In this document: positions 9,613-19,281 of the stretch, piece by piece
Layout of the letters: the number at the start of each line of letters is the position of its first letter
Numbering within the stretch: the stretch's first letter is position 1
From: Candidatus Giovannonibacteria bacterium RIFCSPLOWO2_12_FULL_43_11c
GTDB taxonomy: Bacteria; Patescibacteriota; Minisyncoccia; JACPKW01; UBA11713
Assembly: GCA_001780775.1 (NCBI GenBank)
Contig: MFIO01000014.1
Span: 5,884-53,682 of the forward strand
Length of the DNA: 47,799 bases
Direction: 5' to 3'
The notes under the pieces: model-generated
What the model was told of the DNA's origin: nothing
The model's database searches: none
What the model saw: the letters and a program-made list of their open reading frames with translations, nothing else
Made by a program: the position numbers and the translations under genes

Positions 9613-9870
9613 TTACAAAAAAGGCCACAATATAATTTGCAAGATAATGTTAGATAAAGTTTTTTCAGGTTCAGAAAAGGCAGATACCAATCCTAATATT
9701 ATATACAAAACCGCAAGAACAATTAAGCCGCCGAGAAAAATCTTCTTTTTTGTCGCAATGAATAATACAAATGATATAAAAAATAAAACTGGAACAATGT
9801 AACCAATTCCAAAAATCAGATAAGCAAAGCTATCAAAGAAAGAAGAAATTGGAGATACTTGAGTTAGCAT
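9613..9870 (-). CDS. Small hypothetical membrane protein
   Basis: 85 aa, almost entirely hydrophobic; starts 4 nt after the gap stop. Confidence 0.65.
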   Translation of the reverse strand: MLTQVSPISSFFDSFAYLIFGIGYIVPVLFFISFVLFIATKKKIFLGGLIVLAVLYIILGLVSAFSEPEKTLSNIILQIILWPFL

Positions 9871-9874
9871 AAAG

Positions 9875-10852
9875 TCATTTCAAATTCTGGCAAACCCTCC
9901 TCACATGCTCAACTAAAGTCGCTGTGTACCCGGCTTCGTTGTCGTACCAGGAGAAAACTTTTACGAGATCGCCCTGCAAAACTTGAGTTAAAGTCAAATC
10001 AATAATCGCGCCGTAGGGTTCACCAATAATATCAGAGGAAACAATCGGGTCTTCGGTGACCTTTAAACTTTTTGACCAACGCGGATCGCTTGCGGCTTTT
10101 TTGAAAACATTATTTATTTCTTCAACTGTCGTTTTCTTTTCGGTGATGACTGTCATTATAGAGAGCGAGCCGGTAAGCGTCGGCACTCTAACTGACTCCG
10201 CCTGAAATTTTCCTTCAAGCTCCGGAATGGATTGAATCACTGCTTCCATAGCACTGGTAGTTGATGGCACAATATTTGCGGCGGCGGCTCTCCCTCGCCT
10301 CGGGTCTTTTTCATCCGGCCCGTCAACCAATTTTTGGGTTGCCGTATATCCATGAACAGTCGTCATCGCCGCTTTTTTTACGCCGAAATTTTCTAAAATA
10401 ATTTTCATTGCAGGCGACACTGAATTCGTCGTGCAAGAAGCATTACAAGTTAACGGATTCTTATTTTTTGCAAAAATATCGTCATTAACTCCGATAAGCG
10501 CAGTAATCACGTCCCCTTTTGCTGGAGCCGTGATAACTACTCGCTTTGCGCCAGCATCCAAATGAGCTTTTGCTTTATCTGCAGTTGTAAAAAATCCAGT
10601 CGATTCAATAACAATATCAACGCCCAATTTCTTCCACGGGAGTTTCGCTGGGTCTCTTTCCGCCAAAAATTGGACTCCTTTCGGCTCTTTCAAATAACGG
10701 CCGTAAACAGAATCATATTTCAACAAATACATCAGTGTTTTTTCATCCGCCAAATCGTTTACGGCGACGATATCAAATTCCGACAATCCCCACGCCGCGC
10801 GAAAAAATGACCTCCCAATCCTCCCGAATCCGTTTATCACTATTTTTGTCAT
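9875..10852 (-). CDS. gap: Glyceraldehyde-3-phosphate dehydrogenase, type I
   Basis: INGFGRIGR, ESTGFF, NASCTTN, HGYTATQKLVDGP, RVPT and WYDNE. Confidence 0.97.
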   Translation of the reverse strand: MTKIVINGFGRIGRSFFRAAWGLSEFDIVAVNDLADEKTLMYLLKYDSVYGRYLKEPKGVQFLAERDPAKLPWKKLGVDIVIESTGFFTTADKAKAHLDAGAKRVVITAPAKGDVITALIGVNDDIFAKNKNPLTCNASCTTNSVSPAMKIILENFGVKKAAMTTVHGYTATQKLVDGPDEKDPRRGRAAAANIVPSTTSAMEAVIQSIPELEGKFQAESVRVPTLTGSLSIMTVITEKKTTVEEINNVFKKAASDPRWSKSLKVTEDPIVSSDIIGEPYGAIIDLTLTQVLQGDLVKVFSWYDNEAGYTATLVEHVRRVCQNLK

Positions 10853-10872
10853 AAGTTAATTATAACATTATT

Positions 10873-11844
10873 CTACTCTGCCGCTGGCGATGTCTTAGCT
10901 CTTTTCAAAAGATAATTATATGCCGCCAAAGCTGCTTTGACCGCGTCCCCAGCAGAAATATTATTTTGCTTATACGGGTCGTCTGTTATGTCTCCGGCGG
11001 CGAAAACACCGGGATGCGAAGTCGCGGAATGTTTCGAATCGATAAGAACTTGTCCGTATTTATCCAAATCGATTAAATTCTTCACCATCTCCGAATTTGG
11101 CACCGATCCTATCTCGACAAAAATACCCTCAACTTCCAAAACTTTCTCCTCGCCGGTCTTGGTATTTAGGTATTTTATCCCCGAAACAAACTTATCTCCC
11201 AAAACTTCCACCGTTTTTGCGTTAAATATCATTTCTTTCAACTTGGGATTTTTCTTCACTTCCTCCTGTGTCACTGGATCCCCTTTTAAGCTGTCCGCGT
11301 ATTCCATGATATAAATCTCGCTCGCGTAAGGAAAAAGATCGATCACCGCCTCAAGTCCGGCGTTCCCTCCGCCGACAACCGCAACTTTTTTTCCGGAAAA
11401 CAAAGGAGCATCACAAGTCGAACAATATGCAACTCCTTTGCCCTCGAACTTCTCTTCTCCGGGAATATTTAATTTTCTTCTCCTTGCTCCCGCGGTCAAA
11501 ATTATGCTTTTCCCCTCATATTTATTTCCTTTATCCGTCGTAACTTCGAAATCGCAAATTCGTGATTCAGAATCGCATTTAATACTTTTTATTTCCGTGA
11601 CTCGCTCCGGTATTTTAATATCGACCATATCCGAAAACGCCCGGACATGCGCTTCGAATTTTTTAGCAAGGTCAAAACCAGATATGTGCGGCTCGCCTAT
11701 CCAGTTTTGTATATCATCCGAAACGATTGATTGCCCGCCGAAAGATTCGGTAATTAAAATAGTTTTTAATCTCTTTCTTGCGACATAAACTGCCGCCGCG
11801 CACCCCGCTGGCCCGCCTCCGATAATAATTATGTCGTAAAGCAT
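10873..11844 (-). CDS. trxB: Thioredoxin reductase / AhpF-like FAD-dependent disulfide oxidoreductase
   Basis: GGGPAG, GVAYCSTCDAP, VGGGNAG and GVFAAGD. Confidence 0.9.
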   Translation of the reverse strand: MLYDIIIIGGGPAGCAAAVYVARKRLKTILITESFGGQSIVSDDIQNWIGEPHISGFDLAKKFEAHVRAFSDMVDIKIPERVTEIKSIKCDSESRICDFEVTTDKGNKYEGKSIILTAGARRRKLNIPGEEKFEGKGVAYCSTCDAPLFSGKKVAVVGGGNAGLEAVIDLFPYASEIYIMEYADSLKGDPVTQEEVKKNPKLKEMIFNAKTVEVLGDKFVSGIKYLNTKTGEEKVLEVEGIFVEIGSVPNSEMVKNLIDLDKYGQVLIDSKHSATSHPGVFAAGDITDDPYKQNNISAGDAVKAALAAYNYLLKRAKTSPAAE

Positions 11845-11855
11845 ACCTCCGACAA

Positions 11856-12605
11856 CTATTTTTTCAATTCTTCTTCAATAATTTTCTGAAAAATAGAAAA
11901 TGACGCGGCTCCAACGGAATTGCCATTAGTATCAGTAACTGGTTTGCTGTTGATAAATGATGCGGGCGTGCCATTTACTCCCGCGATGTTTCCATCATCC
12001 GTAGATTTTTTTACAGCTTCCGTATATTTTCCAGAATCGAGACATGAATTAAATTTAGATTGGTCAAGCCCAAGATCTCCCGCGAATTTTTTCAAGTTCG
12101 CTCCTGAAAACGCACCCTTGTTCTCCCCCTTTTGATTTACGAAAAGCTTGTCATGATACTCCCAGAATTTTCCCTGCTCCCCCGCGCAACGCGCGGCCTC
12201 CGCCGACATATGCGACTCTCCGCGCTCTATCCCGTTAATCGTGTCCAGAAACGCGAAATCGCGCCAGACGAAAGCAACTTTACCTTGCTCGACATATTGC
12301 GAAACGATCTGCGGTTCGATTGTTTTATAAAAAACTCCGCAATATGGGCACTGAAAATCCCCATATTCGATATATAAGACTTTCGCCTTTGGATCTCCCA
12401 AAACAAAATCCCCTTCTCTAATCTTAAGAATATCGGCTACGGCGGGATTAGTATTCGCGATATTATCTTTGCCTCGAGGCGCCTGAACGCCGGAGTTGCC
12501 AAGCGTATACATGACGGCAAACGCGATTAAAAGCCCGGCAACTATGATGCTCGCCGGAATTAGCATTTTATTTTTATCTTCAGTAGTTTTAGTTTCGTTT
12601 TCCAT
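11856..12605 (-). CDS. Membrane-anchored DsbA-family thioredoxin-fold protein
   Basis: N-terminal TM, EYGDFQCPYC, AEAARCAGEQGKFWEYHD and GVNGTP. Confidence 0.9.
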   Translation of the reverse strand: MENETKTTEDKNKMLIPASIIVAGLLIAFAVMYTLGNSGVQAPRGKDNIANTNPAVADILKIREGDFVLGDPKAKVLYIEYGDFQCPYCGVFYKTIEPQIVSQYVEQGKVAFVWRDFAFLDTINGIERGESHMSAEAARCAGEQGKFWEYHDKLFVNQKGENKGAFSGANLKKFAGDLGLDQSKFNSCLDSGKYTEAVKKSTDDGNIAGVNGTPASFINSKPVTDTNGNSVGAASFSIFQKIIEEELKK

Positions 12606-12626
12606 ATTGGTGAGTATAGCACCAAT
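12606..12626 (-). promoter_or_regulatory. Extended -10 promoter inside an inverted repeat (candidate operator)
   Basis: Minus strand reads ATTGGTG-CTATACT-CACCAAT-ATG: 7-bp perfect arms around TG-C-TATACT. Confidence 0.5.
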
Positions 12627-14813
12627 CTAGAAAGAAGTGAAAACATTGCTTATTATGTATGATTTTGTTTTGGCAAGTTTTTCGTAAATCGGCCGCATGA
12701 CTTCTTTGAAGCCGGAATCCCTTATTGAAATATTGAGAGTAATAACGAGCAGTCTCGGGCTCAAGTTAGACGTTTCTCCATGAATAGTGACTGTATATAG
12801 TCCGGAAGGCGTGTTGGGTGGAACGGTAATAGAGAAAGAGGAACCAGTGCTATATTCCTCCTCGGAGAGTATCGTATCGGAAAAATTTCCAACCGCGCCC
12901 GCAATCGCTGGATTAATATTTTCGAGGCTTAGCGTCACATCCTTATCAAAACACTCGCACGGAGGCAATGGAACAACGGTAATTTGAACCGTATTAGAGG
13001 TAACGGCCCCAGAACCGGAAATCGTCAAAAATAGAGAATCCGAATTTAGGGAATATAAATTAAAGTCTGGCGGTAATGTGCATTGCGATTCGTCGAATTT
13101 ACAAGTAGAAGCATCGTAACTTAATGATCCTCCTGTAAATCCGCGCGAAGAGCAAGTTGCCCCTCCCAAGCATTGGCTGGAAGGATTTCCTATTTCAGCC
13201 GCCGAAAGAGCGCGGTCGTAGATGCGAACATCGTCGAAGGAGCCTTCGAATTGATAACCGCCTTCAAGAAATCTCCCCAGCATTGAATGTGTGCATGTGT
13301 TATCTAGATTCCCGGATACGTCCCTGATTGCGTCTTGATTTCCATCAAGATAGAGAATCATCTGTGTTGAAGTCTTAACGCCAACAACATGATGCCATGT
13401 TCCTGCACTTACTGCAGTTGTTCCGTCAAGATCGGCAAATCCCAGACGAAAAGAGTAGGTTCCATTAGCCAGTAAATCAATATAGTAACAAGGGAATCTG
13501 CTGGCAGTATGCTTCTGCGCGCCAATCACATCCGCCTTTGCCCACATAGAAATAGTAATTTCATCGCCTGATATATCGAGATTCGAACCGGTTCCAAAAT
13601 CAACATAATCATCCTCCCCGTCAAAATGCAAAGCGCCACCAATCTTACCTGTAGTCCATGCTGGATCATAAGTGAGTACCCCCGTATTTCCGTTACCGGA
13701 AGAATCACTTGCCGTTGTTCCAGAGTCATCAAGCTTCCACCAGGCGACGGGATTTGTCGGTCCGGCATCACAATCTTCTCCTGCATCAATAACTCCATTG
13801 CCGCACAGCCCCTGTTGTTGACCGCTCACAAAATTAATATCAAAAGCAATAGACGCACCGTTGGGCAACAATTGAGGAATTGGCGGCGTCACGGAATCAT
13901 ATGTCGCGCCCGCAGGACCGCCACTCAAATAATTTAATGCGTAAGTTTCATCTGCTACAACATCTTCATAAGTAAAAGGTACGGAAGAATTACTGATGTC
14001 TCCTGATGGACCGGACAAAGTATAAGTTACGGCATTGCTTCCGCTTGCCGGCCACGGCTGGCCATTTAAAGTGGCCGTAACATAAATGCTGGTCGCAATA
14101 CCACTATAAAGTTCACTAACCTCTCCGGCCGAAAGCACACGGTTGTAGATGCGGACATCATCGATGGACCCCTTGAATAAATTGGCACCATTCGAGGCGC
14201 TTCCTATGGTTGTCCCCTGTATGCCAGATGAACCATAGCCACCTGCGCTGGAAATCGGATGGATTGTGCCATCAATATAAACCAAAAAATTTGAGTTTGT
14301 CGTGGCGCCTTGGCCATTGTATGTAACTGTAATATGGTGCCAGGCATCAGTCAGCGTCGCCAGGTCATCATCTGTTTTAATTGTTGTCCAATCGCTCGCC
14401 GAGCCCATTGAAAAACCGAGATAACTAGAGTCGGCAGAGAATAAGAAATGAAGTCCGGAGTTGGTATTTGTGCGTAAAAGAATTAAATCAGGGTAATTGC
14501 CTAATGCGGATGAATCCAGATAATACCATGCGCTCATAGTGAAAGGGCTTCCGGTATTGGCATATGCCGTTGTGCCAGCGACATCTACTCCATCATCCAC
14601 CCCGTCAAAACTCAACGCATTTGATCCGATTTTGCCAGCAACAAAACTTGGACCGCCGATAAGTGTTCCATTATTTATACCAGCGGAGTCATTGGCATTT
14701 CCATCAAACTTCCACCAGCCAACGAGGCCGGCTGTCACATCCGCGTGAGCCGGGCGGATAAATCCGCTCATTAAAAACAATGAAACAATGGCGAATTTTA
14801 GAAAGTTTTTCAT
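12627..14813 (-). CDS. Secreted surface protein with two LamG/concanavalin-like domains, a Cys-rich repeat and a C-terminal Ig-like domain
   Basis: Signal peptide (AHA-D); two W(W)KxD...WHH...DDVRIYxRxLSAxE LamG_3-type units; CGNGVIDAGEDCD. Confidence 0.85.
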   Translation of the reverse strand: MKNFLKFAIVSLFLMSGFIRPAHADVTAGLVGWWKFDGNANDSAGINNGTLIGGPSFVAGKIGSNALSFDGVDDGVDVAGTTAYANTGSPFTMSAWYYLDSSALGNYPDLILLRTNTNSGLHFLFSADSSYLGFSMGSASDWTTIKTDDDLATLTDAWHHITVTYNGQGATTNSNFLVYIDGTIHPISSAGGYGSSGIQGTTIGSASNGANLFKGSIDDVRIYNRVLSAGEVSELYSGIATSIYVTATLNGQPWPASGSNAVTYTLSGPSGDISNSSVPFTYEDVVADETYALNYLSGGPAGATYDSVTPPIPQLLPNGASIAFDINFVSGQQQGLCGNGVIDAGEDCDAGPTNPVAWWKLDDSGTTASDSSGNGNTGVLTYDPAWTTGKIGGALHFDGEDDYVDFGTGSNLDISGDEITISMWAKADVIGAQKHTASRFPCYYIDLLANGTYSFRLGFADLDGTTAVSAGTWHHVVGVKTSTQMILYLDGNQDAIRDVSGNLDNTCTHSMLGRFLEGGYQFEGSFDDVRIYDRALSAAEIGNPSSQCLGGATCSSRGFTGGSLSYDASTCKFDESQCTLPPDFNLYSLNSDSLFLTISGSGAVTSNTVQITVVPLPPCECFDKDVTLSLENINPAIAGAVGNFSDTILSEEEYSTGSSFSITVPPNTPSGLYTVTIHGETSNLSPRLLVITLNISIRDSGFKEVMRPIYEKLAKTKSYIISNVFTSF

Positions 14814-15403
14814 TTATTTAAATTCACATAGCTTATAACAATATCTGACCCCGCCGCTATTTTTACGGAAGAACGGATGGTTATATTTATTTGCTCGGAC
14901 GCTTTTTTAAAATATAAAAATGAAATAGAATCGCCATTATTAGAAGAATTAACGACATCCCAGCCGTTATCTTTAGCCCATTTAGTATAAAAATCGAAAT
15001 TCGCTTCCGGACTTTTTGACGAAATAAATTCTACTGTAGCTTGCTTCGCTGGAGAATTAGGATAGGTCGCCGAATAAGATCCTGTGATTGCGGTTTTTGA
15101 GTTTAGAGTTAAATTTTTTGGAAAACCTCCGGCTACTTCTTTGGGAGGCGCTTGAGTTATATTCGGGACAACAATATTCTTAGCCGGGCTTTGGGGTTCT
15201 TCCGAAGCAGCTTTCTTCCTTTGCAAAAAAACTGCTGGATCAACAAAATAAAAAATAACAATTACAAAAATTAATACTCCAGCAATGCCGATAATCCGAA
15301 GATATTCTTTCTTTATAAATTTAATATCCTGCTTTAAAAAAGACTTTAACCCCTTTCCTTTCCTTTTGACTTTGGAGTAATCTTCTGCGAGAAAATGTCT
15401 CAC
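14810..15403 (-). CDS. Hypothetical single-pass membrane protein
   Basis: Basic N-terminus, TM helix and a soluble domain (FPKNL...FYTKWAKDNGW); 4-nt overlaps with both neighbours. Confidence 0.7.
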   Translation of the reverse strand: MRHFLAEDYSKVKRKGKGLKSFLKQDIKFIKKEYLRIIGIAGVLIFVIVIFYFVDPAVFLQRKKAASEEPQSPAKNIVVPNITQAPPKEVAGGFPKNLTLNSKTAITGSYSATYPNSPAKQATVEFISSKSPEANFDFYTKWAKDNGWDVVNSSNNGDSISFLYFKKASEQINITIRSSVKIAAGSDIVISYVNLNK

Positions 15404-17223
15404 AGTGATGCGTTCGAAGTTTGGATAAATGGCGAAACAAAATTCGCGAACGCTTCAAGGATCGGCCTAAGTGTCTCCCTGAAGCCGGGGTCTTTCAGGG
15501 CGACGTTAAGTGTGACATCCACGCTATTGTTGCGAACAGGGTCATCGCTACGTCCATGAATTGTAATGGTGTACGAGGGTGGAGATGGGGTGGTATTGGA
15601 TGGAATCGTTATACTAAATAAAGTCCCTGCTGAATATTCCGACTGAACAAGATTCATATCCGAAAAATTAAAAGTCGCACCGGTAATTGTGGGGGAAATT
15701 TCCACATCGCTTGCTGAAAACGTTATGTTATCAGAAAAACCTCCCCAAATAGTACTCACATATATTCTGCTACTAGATGTAACGGGACTTGAACCTTTTA
15801 TGGTCGCGAAGATGGAAGGAGGATTTGCAGAGAGAGAATAATCGGGAGGCTGTGGAGGTAAAGGCGCCGTATAATGCCACCATAAGTCAGAATACCCGCC
15901 AGCAGGCACATCAACGGTTACGGAATTCCCGGGCGTCGGTGCATTATTATGACAAGTAGTGACGTTGTAACATAGCGTATAGCCCACGCTCCACCCGGCC
16001 GGCACGCCTACAGAGACCACATGAGAACCTGCGGAAACATTAGAAAACATATAAGGATTTACATTTGTTTGCCTATCAACAACAGATCCGACAAAGTCAA
16101 TACTTGGATCAAAATTGGTTACATCGCCAATATTGTTTCCGCGTTTATTAATTACAAAATCGATATTGTCATTGGGAGAAACTGGCGTATTAATATCATA
16201 ACTAATCCCTGTAGTATTTCCATTCTCAATAGTTCCTTGCCATAAGATTGCGTTATTTTTTTTAATGAATATAATAACGCCATCCCCAGTAGGAAAGCCG
16301 TCGCTCGCATTTCCAGTTATATGTATTGTGCCGACGCCAGGAGCAACCCATCTCCTCACCACATCCAAGGCTCTTTCAGGATGCCCTTTAGAGGACCAGA
16401 GCCGGTTCCAGTTATAACGTGGTGGGGGAAATACTTCTAATCCGCGCCAACTATTAGACATATCATAGCCAGTTGGATCGCCCACTAAATCATAAACCAT
16501 CTGATTGCCGTTTGATTCAAGATAGTACCAATTTCTTTGACCCTGTGTAGAAGAAAAATCAGTGGAAGCCTTGTAAAGAGTATTGACGTTGTTATAAAGC
16601 GTTACAGTTTCATTAGCCGGAGGCACGGCTGTTTGATTATTGCCAGGCATTAACACTTTGTATCCTTGGATGGTTCCGGTGGTAGGAAGGCAATTCGGAG
16701 TGGTAAATGTGCCTGAACTAATTACATGGCCTTCATATATTCCAGCGACCGGGTCGACATTATAGAAAAAATGTTGACCAGTTACAGGGGAATTTGCTGT
16801 GCGGTACCTAACAAAATATTCATACGCAGTATTGGATTTCGCCGAAGGAGTCGGTGGACCAGGGTTTGTTGCGTCCCAAATGTAAGAACCGCTACACGGC
16901 AGATTTTCATCCACACTGCGAGAAGTTAAAGGATCGCCCATTATATTTACCCGAATCCAAACAGATTCACATGCAAGATCCAATGGGTTGCCGCCATCAG
17001 ACCACGAAAAGGAAACTGAAGGCGCGTTACCAGCGCATGTGGACATTGCGCTTGAGGATCCGCATGCTGGAGCAATAAAACCTTCGCCGACTTTTTCTAT
17101 AAATTTTGAATCCAAAGCCGCCTCACCAGATTTTCCGAGAGAAAAAAATAAAATTCCCGAAGCCGCGACGGCGCCAAGGACCAGAATTAGGCCAAAAACA
17201 TGCCTAGGAAAGCTTTTCCCCAT
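15400..17223 (-). CDS. Membrane-anchored or secreted modular beta-rich surface protein
   Basis: N-terminal hydrophobic helix, FN3-like segment (NTAYEYFVRY), jelly-roll-like segment (FSSTQGQRNWYY...HP...VRRWVAP...GDGV), and a C-terminal domain homologous to that of 12627-14813. Confidence 0.75.
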   Translation of the reverse strand: MGKSFPRHVFGLILVLGAVAASGILFFSLGKSGEAALDSKFIEKVGEGFIAPACGSSSAMSTCAGNAPSVSFSWSDGGNPLDLACESVWIRVNIMGDPLTSRSVDENLPCSGSYIWDATNPGPPTPSAKSNTAYEYFVRYRTANSPVTGQHFFYNVDPVAGIYEGHVISSGTFTTPNCLPTTGTIQGYKVLMPGNNQTAVPPANETVTLYNNVNTLYKASTDFSSTQGQRNWYYLESNGNQMVYDLVGDPTGYDMSNSWRGLEVFPPPRYNWNRLWSSKGHPERALDVVRRWVAPGVGTIHITGNASDGFPTGDGVIIFIKKNNAILWQGTIENGNTTGISYDINTPVSPNDNIDFVINKRGNNIGDVTNFDPSIDFVGSVVDRQTNVNPYMFSNVSAGSHVVSVGVPAGWSVGYTLCYNVTTCHNNAPTPGNSVTVDVPAGGYSDLWWHYTAPLPPQPPDYSLSANPPSIFATIKGSSPVTSSSRIYVSTIWGGFSDNITFSASDVEISPTITGATFNFSDMNLVQSEYSAGTLFSITIPSNTTPSPPSYTITIHGRSDDPVRNNSVDVTLNVALKDPGFRETLRPILEAFANFVSPFIQTSNASL

Positions 17224-17254
17224 GTCTTTATTATACTACTTCTATAAAAATTCT

Positions 17255-18043
17255 TTACAGCGCTTTATCAACAGAGCTCCTTTTCAAATTTTCCTCAATC
17301 GCCCGCTTAAAATCCGAAAAGCCTTTTTCCGATTCAGCCGGATTATTGCCGGGATAGGCCCTTGACCATTCTTCTAGGGTAATGGTTTCTGCGAGCTCCC
17401 GCGCTTTCCTAAACGACGCCTCTGCTGTTTTGTATTTTCTCAAATTAAGTTCTGCGACCCCGAGTGAATTCCAAAGCCATGAATTTTCTTCCGATTTATA
17501 GACATCTTGAAATGCGATCTCAAGGGCGTCTTCCGCCTCTTGATATTTGCCTTGCTTCAACAAAACCCACGCCAGATCGTTGTGGCCAGCCCATTCCTTC
17601 GGAGCCCAGCTGACAAAATTTCGAAAATCCTTCTCCGCGCTATTAAAGTTTCCGTTATAAGAATTTATAAGCGCGCGGATATAAAGCGCGCGGAGATTTT
17701 CGGGATTCGCGTCTAATTCCTTATTTATCTCGGATAAGGCCTTGATTCGCTCCCCCCTTACAAGATAAATTCGCGCCAATTGATAATGCCCCCAAAGAAT
17801 TTTCGAATCTATTTGAACCGCTTTTTTAAAAGCTCTCTCTGATTTTTCCAAATCATACCCGCCGGCTCCGTTGAAATAATGATTCCCGATTTCCAGCGCA
17901 AGCTTGTCGTCCTTCGTCAAAATAATCGCCGCCCTCGCATTGCGATATTTTTGCCAAGCAATTGTAGCCAGCGCGTTCTGCGACAACAAAAACCCAAACA
18001 GCAAAACCGCGAATACCGACATCCATACATCACGGGGTTTCAT
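17255..18043 (-). CDS. Tetratricopeptide-repeat protein with an N-terminal signal/TM
   Basis: Repeated TPR-like helical pairs (HYQLARIY, ALYIRALI, HNDLAWVL..G.Y.EA, WNSLGVA). Confidence 0.85.
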   Translation of the reverse strand: MKPRDVWMSVFAVLLFGFLLSQNALATIAWQKYRNARAAIILTKDDKLALEIGNHYFNGAGGYDLEKSERAFKKAVQIDSKILWGHYQLARIYLVRGERIKALSEINKELDANPENLRALYIRALINSYNGNFNSAEKDFRNFVSWAPKEWAGHNDLAWVLLKQGKYQEAEDALEIAFQDVYKSEENSWLWNSLGVAELNLRKYKTAEASFRKARELAETITLEEWSRAYPGNNPAESEKGFSDFKRAIEENLKRSSVDKAL

Positions 18044-18111
18044 AATATTATCTATATTGCATCTGTTTTCCCAGTAAGTAAAAAATCAGTATTCTTAGCA
18101 TTCTAAAGAAA

Positions 18112-19266
18112 TCAACTACCAGTAAAAGCTTCTTCAGACTTCTTCAGTTGCACGCGAAATTTTTCCTCGTCGAATTTTAGCAGTTCCTGTGCTACCCACC
18201 CGCTCATGAGCGTGGCCTTTGTATTCTCCCCTTTTTTAAAATTGCTTAAGAATCCGTAATCCCCGTCAAACTTAACTTCTTCTTCACTATCCCACAAATG
18301 CAAAACAACGCTACGCATCAAAGCGAGGGCGTCATCGCGATAGCGACTATTCTGATTATTTTCCATTTCCGCCAATATAAGAAGTGAGTCAATAATTTTC
18401 GCGAAATTTTGGATGTCCAATCGCCTTCGAAGCTCTCGCAGATGAACCTTCAAATTAGCTTTATCGTAAAAATCTTTGGCTGCTATCAAATATTTTTCAT
18501 CTTTGGTCGCAGAATAAGCAGGGAGGTATACAGACCAAACAGCCTGAAAAGAACCTACTTTGACTATAAAGCCGTTGTCTTCATAGAGAGGTTTTTTTTG
18601 ATCGGTAGATTCAATGCCCCTATTTAGAACTTCGTCCGCAACATGGCGCAATCGATCAATATATTTCCTCTCGGAAGTAACTTCGTAAAGCATCGCGAGT
18701 TTATTTCCGTAGTTTCCGCCAACCGCGTCTTTTAATGGCACTTTATCATCTAAAAATCGCCCGGAGACAGCAAGCATTGCATCCAAGTATTTCTTGTCTC
18801 CGGTATCTTTATAATAACGATAGAGCGGGAAAAAGTTCCACTCGCAGTAATTTTTATCGAGTTCATGGCACAATTTTATAGACACTTCCAAAGCCTTATC
18901 AGCCTTTTCCTTATACGTATTGTCGCCCGTTCTTTTTGTTAATTCGTAATAGGCCAAAATAATCTGCCCGGTATGCGGTGGCTCTTCGATCGGCGCTTCG
19001 CGGCACTTCTTCTCTTCTCTAGATTCCGGGTCGCATTGATAGCGAATTACGAACATCCCGTTTGGCTTCGAACTCATGTCCAGAAATTGCGCCGTTCTTT
19101 GTGCAATTTCAACTCCGCTTAGCTCTAAAAGAGGTTTCCTTTCGTCCTTGCCCGCAAAAAAATCATACAAAACATAAATTAAAACCAGAGAAAACACTGC
19201 TAACAGGGCTAAAAAAAACTTATTTTTATTGTCTCGAATATTTCCTACTTCCATCTTAATTTTCAT
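18112..19266 (-). CDS. Membrane-anchored alpha/alpha-barrel protein (six-hairpin glycosidase/LanC/AGE-like fold), paralog B
   Basis: TM anchor; four repeats of the [LA]Y..T.D.KY-type helical-hairpin motif; paralog of 19559-20728. Confidence 0.65.
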   Translation of the reverse strand: MKIKMEVGNIRDNKNKFFLALLAVFSLVLIYVLYDFFAGKDERKPLLELSGVEIAQRTAQFLDMSSKPNGMFVIRYQCDPESREEKKCREAPIEEPPHTGQIILAYYELTKRTGDNTYKEKADKALEVSIKLCHELDKNYCEWNFFPLYRYYKDTGDKKYLDAMLAVSGRFLDDKVPLKDAVGGNYGNKLAMLYEVTSERKYIDRLRHVADEVLNRGIESTDQKKPLYEDNGFIVKVGSFQAVWSVYLPAYSATKDEKYLIAAKDFYDKANLKVHLRELRRRLDIQNFAKIIDSLLILAEMENNQNSRYRDDALALMRSVVLHLWDSEEEVKFDGDYGFLSNFKKGENTKATLMSGWVAQELLKFDEEKFRVQLKKSEEAFTGS

Positions 19267-19281
19267 CCATTATAAAAAACA

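Noticed and set aside
17040-17100. FIAPA-C as a lipoprotein lipobox in the 607-aa surface protein
   Set aside because: The Cys lies about 25 residues past the hydrophobic helix, and Pro at -2 does not fit the lipobox consensus.
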